Part shown: positions 43,385-53,763 of the stretch, in pieces | How the letters are laid out: each line of letters begins with the position of its first letter | Numbering within the stretch: position 1 is the stretch's first letter | DNA from: an uncultured delta proteobacterium | GTDB lineage: Bacteria > Desulfobacterota > BSN033 > UBA1163 | DNA length: 64,000 bases | Assembly: GCA_963708295.1 (NCBI GenBank) | Contig: CAVPSJ010000017.1 | Coordinates: 192,001 to 256,000 of the forward strand | Direction: 5' to 3' | Notes under the pieces: model-generated | Databases searched by the model: none | What the model saw: the letters and a program-made list of their open reading frames with translations, nothing else | Told to the model about the DNA's origin: nothing | Position numbers and translations under genes: made by a program

Positions 43385-43746
43385 GATTCGCGAAATTTCC
43401 TATCTTTTGCAAAAGTGCAGATTTCTGCTATAGACCTTGCGTTTTTCAAAGCCCAAAAACTTATGATTTGAAGATCAGATAAAAACATCTCTCCATTTTT
43501 TTCACTAGGATGTATTGGCAAGATATGTTCAGCTCTAAGATCCCATACAGCTGAGACCTGGGACGGTAGAGTACTTTCTGAAGTCCTTAAGGGAAGAATC
43601 CAGACCGTCATCCAAGATTACAAGTGACAATCCCCAAAAAGATAATTTCTAGAACCTCTTTTTTATACTTTTTCCCGATTGACTTAAGAAACACGTTGTG
43701 ATAGAAGCATCGCTAGCGATTGTAAATTGAAAGAGGTGAGGAGCTC

Positions 43747-44169
43747 ATAGAGAATTTAGGTCGGTGGAGACTAATCTTATCCGTATCGATGTCGGTGTTT
43801 TTACTCTCGATGTTGGCAGTTTCTCTCTTTACTGTATCAGCTGAAGAGATCCAACGCATCACGCCAGAGGACTTGAAGAAATTGATCGAGAGCAAGGCTG
43901 ACATTGTGATTGTTGATAACCAGCCCAAAGAAGTCTACGATACGGGGCATATCCTTACAGCAGTTAACTTTCCGTGGGCGGTAAAGATTAGCGGGCCTGT
44001 CAATCTGCCTGGAAATAAGTTGCTCATTTTCTATTGTGCCTGTGAGCATGAGGAGGACTCTACGGATGTGGCAGATCAGCTTATGAAGGAGTTTGGGTAC
44101 ACCAACATTAAGGTTCTTCAGGGTGGTTGGTTACGGTGGATAGAGTTGGGCTATCCCGTTGAGAAATAG
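43747..44169 (+). CDS. Exported rhodanese-like protein 2 (ATA at the homologous start; first ATG at 43789)
   Basis: Paralog of 39536..39961; YCACEHEEDS; GAGGAG RBS before ATA 43747. Confidence 0.85.
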   Translation: MENLGRWRLILSVSMSVFLLSMLAVSLFTVSAEEIQRITPEDLKKLIESKADIVIVDNQPKEVYDTGHILTAVNFPWAVKISGPVNLPGNKLLIFYCACEHEEDSTDVADQLMKEFGYTNIKVLQGGWLRWIELGYPVEK

Positions 44170-44324
44170 TAGGTGGACAAAAGGATTGAAAGAAATGCGA
44201 GGAAAGAAAGGAATGTTGGCTTGACTAAAAGGAGGTGATGTTTGCTGAAAAGCATAACTGGATAGTAATCACTTTCAGGAATAACTGGCCAGGATGGAAG
44301 ATCTGGTAAAGAAAGGAGAAAGCT

Positions 44325-46163
44325 ATGAAAAAACGAATAACTTGGTTGCTAATGGGGGTGTCATTGTTCGTGACCGTTTGTTGGATTGGCCCGGTTGCGG
44401 CTCAGGTATCATTAGAGTTGCTCAACCCTCGGGGTGAGATTGTGCCCCCCCTAACCTTGGGACCATCACCTCGTCTTCCGGATTTAGCAGGAAAGAAGAT
44501 TGGATTATATTGGAATGGGAAAGTGGGTACGAACGTGTTCTTCGATACGGTTGAAGAAATGCTAAAGGAGAAATTTCCCACCATAAAGGTCTCGCGGTAT
44601 GTTGGTGCATTCGACCCCGGGGACGCTCTGGCAGCGAAAATAGCAAGAGAAGTGGATACAGTGATAAATGGTGTGGGCGACTGAGGGTCGTGCACATTTG
44701 CCGGCGTGTCCGGCACAATAAGATTAGAAAAACTGGGTATACCGACGCTTTTCCTTTTCGCTCCTGGATTTGAACACGACGCAGAGCAAGCGGCTATAGA
44801 CAACGGAATGCCTACGATTCGCAGATTACTGATACCTGGATTTGTATGGGGCCAACCTGGCGAAAATAAAATTCCTCTTGCCAAGGCATCTTTTGCCGAC
44901 ATGATCAATGCACTAACCCGTCCCTTAACGGCAGAGGAGGCCAAGCCAAAGCAAAAAGAAAAAGAGGTCTACCCGTCAGTAAACATTACTGCGGCAAGTT
45001 ATGAGGAAGCTGTTGAGAAATTCAACCAGGTGTTCCTCGAGAATCGCTGGGGCGATGGATTACCCTTAGTCCCTCCCACAAAACAGGCTGTTAAGTGGAT
45101 GCTGACAGGAACGAGTCGTTCTCCTGGCGAAGTAATAGGCAAGGTTCCTACTCAAAATGGGATCGCCACTATTGAAAAGATTGCTATTAATGCGGTGATG
45201 GCAGGAGCTAAGCCAGAGTACTTACCGATGATAATTGCGGCAATGGAAGGCCTTACGGACAAAGCATACGATCTCCTTCATCCGCAAGCTTCAATGGGTC
45301 AATTTAATTTAGCAGTAATTGCCAGCGGGCCTATTGGAGAAGAAATTAACATGAATTCCTCGACAGGTTTCTTGGGCCATGGATGGCGAACTAATAATAC
45401 CATTGGCCGCGCCGTGAGGCTGTCCTTGATTAACCTCGGCCACATGTGGCCGGGAGTGAACGATATGGCCAGAGTCGGTCGACAGTCGGCGCATACCCTC
45501 TATACTTTCGCCGAAAATCAAAAGTTCAGCCCTTGGCCACCTTATCATGTGATCCAAGGTTATAAACCAGAAGATAGTTGTATGACAGTCTCCACAATCG
45601 GGGGTTACGGAGCATATGCTGTAACAACCCTTGGATCAGTGGGCATGACAGCAGAAATGCAATTAAATGAGGTGATTAAAAGCATACTTGATCGCCGCGA
45701 GGCGGTACTTGCTCAGTATAGGCCCGGGGTTACTTCCCCTTACACTTTGCCGTGTAAATATATATTTCTGATTCCGCCGGAATTAGCTCAGAGTTACCAA
45801 AAACAAGGCTTTACTCGGGAAAGTTTACAGGAGTACATCTATAAAAAAACATCCGTGCCATACGAAGATCTTAGTTCAAAGGAGATACAGAGCATACAAG
45901 GGAAGATTAGGATAAGTATTGCAGGTGAGGGATTGGCTTCAGACAGGATTCCTCCAGATCGTATCCCCGTATTTCAAGAAGCTCTTAAACCAGGAGGAAA
46001 GGTTCCAATTGTAGTAACGCCGGAGGACATTCAACTCTTCGTAGTCGGCTATCCAGTAGGCGGTCAAATAGTTCAAATGTCATATCACAGAGCGCCGTAC
46101 AAATGGAGCTCGCATCAGACGAAACTGATACGTGGAGCTACTCTGACTAAGGCCGGTCGTTAG
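44325..46163 (+). CDS. Exported UGSC selenoprotein fused to a large uncharacterised domain, paralog 2 (612 aa, U120-G-S-C, UGA 44682-44684)
   Basis: ORFs 44325..44684 and 44706..46163 are in frame; GVGD-U-GSCTFAGVSG; hairpin 44699-44715; signal peptide ending VAA-Q. Confidence 0.88.
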
Positions 46164-46214
46164 TCAATTATGGCCTTCTGTAAAGCAACATCCCAGCTAC
46201 TCCAGGAATAACCT

Positions 46215-46243
46215 AAAAGGGAGCTCACCAAGAGCTCCCTTTT
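46215..46243 (+). terminator. Intrinsic terminator (intron target site)
   Basis: AAAAGGGAGCTC-accaa-GAGCTCCCTTTT. Confidence 0.85.
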
Positions 46244-46250
46244 CTTCTTC

Positions 46251-46890
46251 GTGCGCCCGGCAGGGCGCACATACTTGGAGGTGCAAGTCCTTTACGGACC
46301 CTGGTGACGGGAACCGTTAGCTGAACCGCAAGGGCTATCATCGTGAGATGGGGTCTGGAGGAAGTGGTAGGCAAATCCCCGGCCTGAGGAACACGAAGCG
46401 CATAAGAAGCAGCCATCCCTGGGCGAGGAGGCGAAAAGATCTGAAGCCCGATAGTCATCCGGAAGGGGTGGAAGTATATGCGACAGGTAGATGGGGAAAA
46501 AGTGAGTGTGCAATACCCGGGGAGATCTGCTCATCTGCCAGTGGGCTAACATCGTTAGGAGACGGTGTGATGGGTGTGCAGGAGTCAGCAGAGGGCATAG
46601 TAGTCACATCGCACAGTGGCGAAGGCCCGAACGTGGAAGGAAGGGAGAGTACTGAGCCTCGATGGGCGAGGGAGATGCAGACAAGAGGGCTGAAATGCCT
46701 GAGGACTCCTGGAAAGTAGCGGGCGGAACTCGCGAGAATAGGGAGAGGGAGCATCAAATATCCACGGCGGCAGAGAAAAAAAATACTCAACCGGTGTAAA
46801 CTTCACTTAACCTTCCACGAACCGCCGTATGCCGACCGGCACGTACGGTGGTGTGGGAGGGTGCGGGGGCAACCCCGCCCCCTACCCGAT
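46251..46890 (+). mobile_element. ORF-less class IIC group II intron (640 nt)
   Basis: 5' GTGCGCCCGG; domain V GAACCGCCGTATGCCGACCGGCACGTACGGTGGTGTG with CGC triad; domain VI ending CCTACCCGAT; directly after a terminator; no RT ORF. Confidence 0.9.
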
Positions 46891-47458
46891 AGGTAGCCTT
46901 GCCGCTTACCTCTAATTATGCATATTTCTACTGATGATCATTAACCTCCGGAATTACCGCAGAGTGAGTAGTAGTAGATACTGTTCCTGTCAAGCAAAAA
47001 TTTGTTTATAATTCGGATCGAACTTTCTGCCAGTAATCGTTGACCTTCGGAGTTGTATAAGACTCCTGACTTGTAAGTGTTAGCGTTAGCCCATGGATAA
47101 CGAGGCGACATTCTCTTTTGGGGAGGCTCAATATCTGCTATCAACGTTTCGTTTCTAAACCTCCGAAAAGTTATCATTTGAAGATCATACCTTCCCTTTT
47201 CTCAACTCGATAGCCGGTGAGGATTCTGGCAAAATATCTGGCCATCCCGGAGAGCGAGGGACCTTTTACTCAGCTCGTGTGTTACTAAAGTCATCAAGTC
47301 GAGATTCCACATCGGAATACCAGCAAGTGATAATCTGCAAAAAATACGATTGCCATCATCTCATTTTCTTATTGACAAAATGGCGATTTTTGGTATTTTT
47401 GACTTGGCAATCTTAATAAATTTTCTTGATCGGGGGGTGGTGGATAGGGAAAGGATTT

Positions 47459-47568
47459 ACGAAATGCAACCGTTCTGTGGCACGATGATTTACGAGAAGA
47501 TTTATTATGAAACGAAACACTTTTGGGTGTGGAAATGTGTTTATTGTGGAGAGTATATTGTCGCTTAG
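47459..47568 (+). pseudogene. Degenerate zinc-ribbon small gene, related to 4779..4958
   Basis: KCNR(frameshift)CGTMIYEKIYYETKHFWVWKCVYCGEYI; ACG in place of ATG. Confidence 0.55.
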
Positions 47569-47617
47569 GAATAGAATATCCTTAAGAAATGAATTGAGGA
47601 AGAAAGGAGGAGGAGCC

Positions 47618-48665
47618 ATGGGGAACAAAGCAAATAGGTTTTTGGGAGTAGTTCTTATCAGCATTATTTTTTTCTTCCTGACTGTTGAGGGGGCTATAGC
47701 GGATAAGGTTATCTTAGAAAATGGGGACACACTGACAGGAACAGTAGAAAAAATGGCGGAAGGAAAACTTACTTTTAAGACCGATTATGCTGGAATCATT
47801 GAGATCCAGATGGGGAAAGTCAAACAGATTATTACGGACAATCCGGTAGCGGTTCACCTGACAAGTGGTGAAGTTGTAAAGGGAAATGTCAAACCTGCTG
47901 AAGAAGGGAAATTGGCAGTGGAGCCAAGTCCTGAGAGAGGAGCAACCACCGTGGAGATGGAGAAGATTGCATCCATCAATCCTCCTCCCAAGGAGTTGCC
48001 TAAATGGCATGGTAACGTTAATGCCGGTGGTTACCTTCAGTCAGGCAACGTTGATCGGGCTGGGGGTTCTTTCAGTGCCGAAGCCTTAAGAAGAACAGAG
48101 AATGACCGGTTCAAGTTACGGTATATCTTTAACTATGCTGAAGAGAACGATGAAATGACCGCCCGAAATCACTATGGAGAGATAAAATATGACTATTTTT
48201 TCACCAAGAAATTTTATGGGTATATAGACACTGAATTGCTCAATGACAAATTCAGTGACACGAAGCTAAAGACCTTTGTGGGACCTGGAATAGGGTATCA
48301 ACTCTGGGACGATCCGGTCAAATCTCTTCTCTTTGAGGCGGGCTTTTCCTATTTTAATTGGAACCGGTACGAAGGCCAGGATGACAGATGGGATTTCAGG
48401 CCGACTTGGGTTTGATTTCAGATACAACATCTTTAAGTGGCTGACCTTTACGGACAGATACGTATTCTATCCAACTATTGGAGAAGGGGGTATTTATTTT
48501 TGGCGGAATGAGGCGGCCTTGAGTATTCCCTTGGGAGAAATTCCCTCTTTAGGAGGACGGTGGTCTCTTAGGTTTGCGAATATTATTGATTATAATAGTG
48601 ATCCTGCCCCCGGTTTTGAGAGGATGGATGTTCAGTGGATAGGAGGTCTGCAATTTTCATTTTGA
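47618..48665 (+). CDS. DUF481 (YdiY-like) outer-membrane beta-barrel protein, frameshift near 48385
   Basis: ADKVILENGDTLTG, KYDYFF, GPGIGYQ, terminal Phe; two overlapping ORFs. Confidence 0.8.
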
Positions 48666-48731
48666 TTCAGCGAGTAGAAGCAGGGAGAAAGAAGTTCTTA
48701 AAGAAGTAAATTAGACCGAATTTGAGAGAGG

Positions 48732-48763
48732 AAAAGGCAGGGTGTTTTGGCTCTGCCTTTTTT
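48732..48763 (+). terminator. Intrinsic terminator
   Basis: AAAAGGCAGGG...CTCTGCCTTTTTT. Confidence 0.7.
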
Positions 48764-49176
48764 GTTTGTTTCCTTCGGAAATCATTGAATCCAAGATTAC
48801 CTTGCCACTGCAGACTTGGAGGTGAAGTCGCCAAATTTTCCGATCAGCCTGCTTCAAAAATCTCGAAAAGGAAATTTCATTTAGTTCTTTCTGAAGTCAA
48901 CAACCGGACATTTTGGCACATCATGCTTGCTAGCTATCGGTAATCATCACCCAGCTTTTTTTCACCCAGCTTTTTTTTCTTGACATGCGACTCCCTTTAT
49001 TCTAAATTCGATGCATCCTAAAGCAAGTTCTTATCACTTAAATCATCCTTGAATTTAACGGAGCCTTTCAAATTGTGCGAACAGCCGGCAGAATCTTCTT
49101 ATATTCTGTGGTAATTTTAATACAATAATAAAATAAGATTCATAAGCAATCGTAAGCATCAGGAAAGGGTTCTTCG

Positions 49177-49899
49177 ATGGCCAAGGATAAGATTTTCAGA
49201 AAAAAGCAGCCGATAGTCGACTTTAATTTCAAGAAGAAAACGGCGCAGGTCTTTGACGACATGCTGAACCGCTCGGTGCCTTTTTACCAGGAAATCCAGC
49301 GAATGACCGGCGAGATCGCGGCGGATTTTGCGGTCCCGGGAACCAACGTATACGACTTGGGGTGTTCCACCGGCAGCACCCTGATTGCCATGGACAAGGT
49401 CTTACCGCCGGAAGTCTCCTTGGTCGGGGTGGATTATTCCCAGGACATGCTGGAGAAGGCCAGGGAAAAATTGGCGCAGCATAAGGTCACCCGGCCCTGC
49501 GAGTATATCTGCCGGGATCTGGACCAGGGGATTTCGATTGTCAACGCCTCAGTGGTCGTCTTCACGCTCACCCTGCAGTTTGTGCGGCCTCTCAAGCGCC
49601 AGCAGCTGATTCAGGATATTGCCCGGGGGCTCAACGAAGGGGGGTGCCTCATTCTCATCGAGAAGGTGACCTGCCTTGACTCCAAGCTCAACCGGCTCTT
49701 TATCAATTATTACTACGCCTTCAAGAAGCGTGAGGGGTACAACCAGCTGGAGATCGCCCAGAAACGAGAGGCGTTGGAGAATATCCTGATACCCTACCGG
49801 CCGGAAGAGAACCGCCAGCTACTTCTGGAGAACGGGTTCACGGAGTGCGACATGTTTTTCAAGTGGTATAACTTCTGCGGGATGCTGGCCATCAAATAA
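49177..49899 (+). CDS. cmoA: Carboxy-SAM synthase
   Basis: VFDDMLNRSVPFY, YDLGCSTG, FTLQF, QKREALEN, FKWYNF. Confidence 0.9.
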   Translation: MAKDKIFRKKQPIVDFNFKKKTAQVFDDMLNRSVPFYQEIQRMTGEIAADFAVPGTNVYDLGCSTGSTLIAMDKVLPPEVSLVGVDYSQDMLEKAREKLAQHKVTRPCEYICRDLDQGISIVNASVVVFTLTLQFVRPLKRQQLIQDIARGLNEGGCLILIEKVTCLDSKLNRLFINYYYAFKKREGYNQLEIAQKREALENILIPYRPEENRQLLLENGFTECDMFFKWYNFCGMLAIK

Positions 49900-49900
49900 C

Positions 49901-50659
49901 ATGATACAACACGCCTGGCGTGCTTTTCTCCTGAGGAGCGGCGCCTTATTCTTCCGTTTCCGTAGATATCTGTTTCCCGTCTTTGTCGTTATCCTTTTTT
50001 TCTTTACGCGGCCAGCACTCTTCCTGGGCAGCAGGAATTTGGATTTCCTGATTGTCATGATCGGATGGACCATGGCATTGGCAGGACTGGGCTTTCGGTT
50101 GTTTGTGATCGGCTTTGCCTATATCAAGCGGGGAGGAAAGGAGGGTAAGGTATACGCGGAGAACTTGGTGGTCGAAGGCCTCTACGCCCACGTGCGCAAT
50201 CCGATGTATATCGGCAATTTCTTTATTGTCGTTGGCCTCGGGTTGATCCACGGCTCATTGTGGGTGTATATTTTCCTCATCCCCTTTTTCGCCTTCGTTT
50301 ATCTTTCCATCGTGGAGACCGAGGAGGAATATCTACGCAACCGTTTTGGCGCAGGGTACGACGCCTATTGCACCAAGGTCAACCGCTTTATTCCAAATTT
50401 TTCCGGGATCAGGCAGACGTTAAGCTCCTTTACCTATGATTGGAAAAAGGCCCTGCGCAAGGAATACGGGACGTCCCTGGGCGGACTCATCGGCTGTTAC
50501 GTCACGTGGCTGGGCAAGATGCACCTGTGTTACGGATTCAATCTGAGCGCGCACAAACTCCCGCTGATTACCTTTCCTTTTATTCTTATCGGTATCGCCT
50601 ATGGTGCGGTGAGATATTTTAAGAAGAAGGGGAAGCTTAATTCTCAAATTCTTCAATAG
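49901..50659 (+). CDS. Isoprenylcysteine carboxylmethyltransferase/PEMT family membrane methyltransferase
   Basis: GLYAHVRNPMYIG, EEEYL...FG..Y..Y...VNRFIP. Confidence 0.88.
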   Translation: MIQHAWRAFLLRSGALFFRFRRYLFPVFVVILFFFTRPALFLGSRNLDFLIVMIGWTMALAGLGFRLFVIGFAYIKRGGKEGKVYAENLVVEGLYAHVRNPMYIGNFFIVVGLGLIHGSLWVYIFLIPFFAFVYLSIVETEEEYLRNRFGAGYDAYCTKVNRFIPNFSGIRQTLSSFTYDWKKALRKEYGTSLGGLIGCYVTWLGKMHLCYGFNLSAHKLPLITFPFILIGIAYGAVRYFKKKGKLNSQILQ

Positions 50660-50794
50660 CGATATCGTGCATGTGGCCATCCCCGCGACGGAATCCGTTG
50701 CCGGGATATTTTTTTGGAAAACCATAAGATAGAAGACCCGCGTTCTTGCGGCCCATCCCGTAATTAGGTCTTCACTCAGAGGAGGAACTTGACC

Positions 50795-52105
50795 ATGAAG
50801 TTCATCGTGAAGGGATCTAATTTGAAAGGAACCACCAGAATTTCCGGGAACAAGTCGGCAACCGCACGAGCCATCGTCATTGGCGGTTTGGCTGAGGGGG
50901 TATCGAAGGTAAGCAATCCTTTACCCGGGATGGACAGCTTTTCAATCGTCGAGATGGTGCGCAGCTTGGGAGCCAAGATAGAAACTACCGGACAGCAAGA
51001 ATGGATCTTGGAAGGTGTTGCGAACCAGCCTCACGTGCCAGGCTGCGTTCTAGATGCTGGCAACTCCGGCACCGGTTACTATTTGCTCACCGCCGTCAGC
51101 TCCCTGATTGATGGCTGCTCGGTTGTCTCCGGCGACTACCAGATTTGCTACAGACCGGCTCAACCACTGATAGACGCCCTCAATGAGTTAGGAGCCAACA
51201 TCTTCTCTACTCGGAACTCAGGCATGGCACCGCTCGTGGTTCGGGGACCCCTTGGAGGAGGCAAGACCAAGCTTCCCGGCATTATGTCCCAGTGGCTCAG
51301 CGCGCTTCTCATTGCAGGAGCCCTTACCCCCAACGGAGTCACCGTCCAGGTAAAGAATCTGGTGGAGATTCCCTACGTTAACATGACCATGGCATGGATG
51401 AAGAGGGCTGGGGTAACCGCTACTCATAAAAACTACGAGGAGTTCATGATACCTGGCAATCAGCAATACAAGGGTTTCACCGCCGAAATTCCCGCGGATT
51501 GGGGGAGCTCCGGATACCCTATGATAGCAGCGGCCATCACTCCGTCTAAAGTCACCTTCGAGGGCATGGACCCCGATGATTTCGCGGGTGAGCGGATGTA
51601 CCCATATATATTGAAGGAAATGGGAGCAAGCGTAACCTTCTGCGATAATGGCCGCACCGTTACGGTAGAAGGGGGCAACGTGCTGCATGGAATGGAGATT
51701 GACTGCTCCGGTACTCCCGACGCGGTCCCGATCCTGGCGGTACTGGGTTGCAAGGCTGAGGGAAAGACCGTCCTAAAAAACATCGGGGGAAGTCGCTTGA
51801 AAGAGACTGACCGCACCAAGTCGATTAAGGAAGAACTCACGAAGATGGGTGGTCACTTCGATGAGACGCCGGACACTCTCACTATTTACCATTCGGAACT
51901 CAAAGCAGCAAATATTGACGGCCGCCACGATCACCGCATCGTTATGGCTACGGCTGTTGCTGGTATGATTGCCAAAGGTGAGACCGTGATCGAGGGCGCC
52001 GAGTGGGTGGGGGTTTCCTTTCCCAATTTCTACGAGATCTGTAAGTCACTGGGCGCTGAAATTGAGAGAATGAATGCGGCCAAACTTTTTCAAGCTTACC
52101 CATAG
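50795..52105 (+). CDS. aroA: EPSP synthase (AroA)-family protein, divergent
   Basis: GNKS, DAGNSGT, SQWLSALL, PYVNMT, RLKETDR, DHRIVMA, VSFPNF. Confidence 0.8.
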   Translation: MKFIVKGSNLKGTTRISGNKSATARAIVIGGLAEGVSKVSNPLPGMDSFSIVEMVRSLGAKIETTGQQEWILEGVANQPHVPGCVLDAGNSGTGYYLLTAVSSLIDGCSVVSGDYQICYRPAQPLIDALNELGANIFSTRNSGMAPLVVRGPLGGGKTKLPGIMSQWLSALLIAGALTPNGVTVQVKNLVEIPYVNMTMAWMKRAGVTATHKNYEEFMIPGNQQYKGFTAEIPADWGSSGYPMIAAAITPSKVTFEGMDPDDFAGERMYPYILKEMGASVTFCDNGRTVTVEGGNVLHGMEIDCSGTPDAVPILAVLGCKAEGKTVLKNIGGSRLKETDRTKSIKEELTKMGGHFDETPDTLTIYHSELKAANIDGRHDHRIVMATAVAGMIAKGETVIEGAEWVGVSFPNFYEICKSLGAEIERMNAAKLFQAYP

Positions 52106-52729
52106 GTGTAAGCGATCATCAGGAGAGAGGATGCGGCCTGCTTTAAGACTGTCAATTACAATATCGTAGAGATTTCAATAGCTGCTGAGACTGTCGAAAA
52201 ACCGTTATTACAGATAAATTTCTCTGCGTGAAGCGAATTTTCTGAGTTTTCTTAACAAAGGAATCTTTGTTGCCGCTATTTTCGGCAAACTGTCATTGTT
52301 TTGAAAGCGTTAAAGTAGTAAGAACCAGTCCTGCCGTACAAGGTCCCCCTCTTTATTCTCGCTAACAAGCTTTTAACGATCACGGAAATAGTTCAGAACC
52401 GGGGTGAAAAGGAGATCTCTGAATTATCTAATTCTCGAACGTTGACTTCCCGTAGCACAATGAGTAGAAGGGGCTATGGGGTCACCCATCTGCATTGAAT
52501 CTCAACCCTGAAAACAGGACATGTCCACTTAGGCTTGACCTTCCTGCAATCAGTTTTTGACAGTTGCTGCTAAAAGGTGTAAATTGCAATTGCTGCCCAT
52601 TACTGCCCATTACGGATCGATAAGAAGACCGGAGGTAAATCACTACTGTCCAAATTAAGTGGAGTTTTTTGGGGGTAATGTTGATTTCATTCTGTTTTTG
52701 GATTAATATTCCCCCTTTCAACGCCAGGC

Positions 52730-52939
52730 TTCACCGCAGAGCCGCAGAGATCGCTGAGGGAGATTATTCTTCTGCTCCAATCGGGAGACGGCGATTAGAG
52801 CAGAAACTCCGTCCGTTTGATGGCCGTGGTACTATCATGAGCCTTGTCCTTTTTTAGAATTGGAAACCTTTTCATTTGGCGGTATCTCTCCGCCAAACGA
52901 AAAACCCTTTCTCCGCGTGCTCTGCGGCTCCGCGGTGAA
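52730..52939. mobile_element. MITE-like palindromic element, copy 1 (210 bp)
   Basis: TTCACCGCAGAGCCGCAGAG ... CTCTGCGGCTCCGCGGTGAA inverted ends; second copy at 61607-61882. Confidence 0.8.
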
Positions 52940-52974
52940 ATTCTATTTTGGACGGGTATCGGGAGGTAAATAAG

Positions 52975-53763
52975 ATGACAGAGCCGATAAGACTTAAGAA
53001 GGAGGGTGGGATCGTCGAGGTGTTGTTAAACAGGCCTGAAGCATTCAACGCGTTCGATCTCGATATGATTGAACTTCTTGAAAGACGCCTGATCAGTCTT
53101 GCGATGGATGACTCGGTATCGGCATTAATAATCTCCGGGGAGGGGAAGGCGTTCTGTGCCGGAGGGGATCTGAGATGGGCGCTTAACTTTCCTGGTGGAC
53201 CTCCGGCAGCTTTCCACGAATTGGCCGCTCGCTACCATCAGGCCATATTAGAAATTCTTCGAATGAGGAAGCCGGTTATCGCAGGTGTGAATGGGACAGC
53301 GGCCGGGGGTGGTTTTTCCCTGGCGCTGGCCTGCGACTTTCGAGTCATGGCTCAATCCGCCAAACTGAGGCAAGGCTATACCTCAAACGGTCTGTGCATT
53401 GACGGGGGAGGGACATTCACGCTTCCCAGGCTTGCAGGTTTGGCTCGTGCGATGGAAATCGTTGCGTTCGACAAACCGATTTCTTCCGGGCAAGCGCTGG
53501 CTTGGGGGTTGGCGACGAAAGTCGTCGAGGATGGAAGGGTGCTGGAGGAAGCGTTGAAAATGGCCCGTGAGCTGGCGGAAGGTTCGCTCCACTCCTTTGG
53601 ATGGTGCAAGCAGCTTCTTATAGACTCTTTTCATACCCCCTTCGAGTCTCACATCGAGCGGGAGCGTCAGGGACTCTCCTCCTGTGCGGCTCACCCCGAC
53701 GGCCGGGAAGGGTTAAAGGCCTTTTCTGAGAAGCGAAAACCAAAATTCAACCTCAAATACTGA
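52975..53763 (+). CDS. Enoyl-CoA hydratase/isomerase family protein
   Basis: LNRPEAFNA, AFCAGGDL, AAGGGFSLALACD, AFSEKRKP. Confidence 0.92.
   Translation: MTEPIRLKKEGGIVEVLLNRPEAFNAFDLDMIELLERRLISLAMDDSVSALIISGEGKAFCAGGDLRWALNFPGGPPAAFHELAARYHQAILEILRMRKPVIAGVNGTAAGGGFSLALACDFRVMAQSAKLRQGYTSNGLCIDGGGTFTLPRLAGLARAMEIVAFDKPISSGQALAWGLATKVVEDGRVLEEALKMARELAEGSLHSFGWCKQLLIDSFHTPFESHIERERQGLSSCAAHPDGREGLKAFSEKRKPKFNLKY

Noticed and set aside
28949-44684. In-frame TGAs as nonsense mutations or a reassigned genetic code
   Set aside because: All five fall at Cys-type redox or ligand positions with downstream hairpins, while TGA ends many ordinary genes (typA, etfB, the hydratase) and Trp is encoded by TGG.
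46225-46806. ORFs inside the intron, such as 46348..46719
   Set aside because: No RT motifs; they are incidental frames across structured RNA.
48913-48930. Sigma54 promoter TGGCAC...TTGC upstream of cmoA
   Set aside because: Spacing is 7 nt rather than the required 5.
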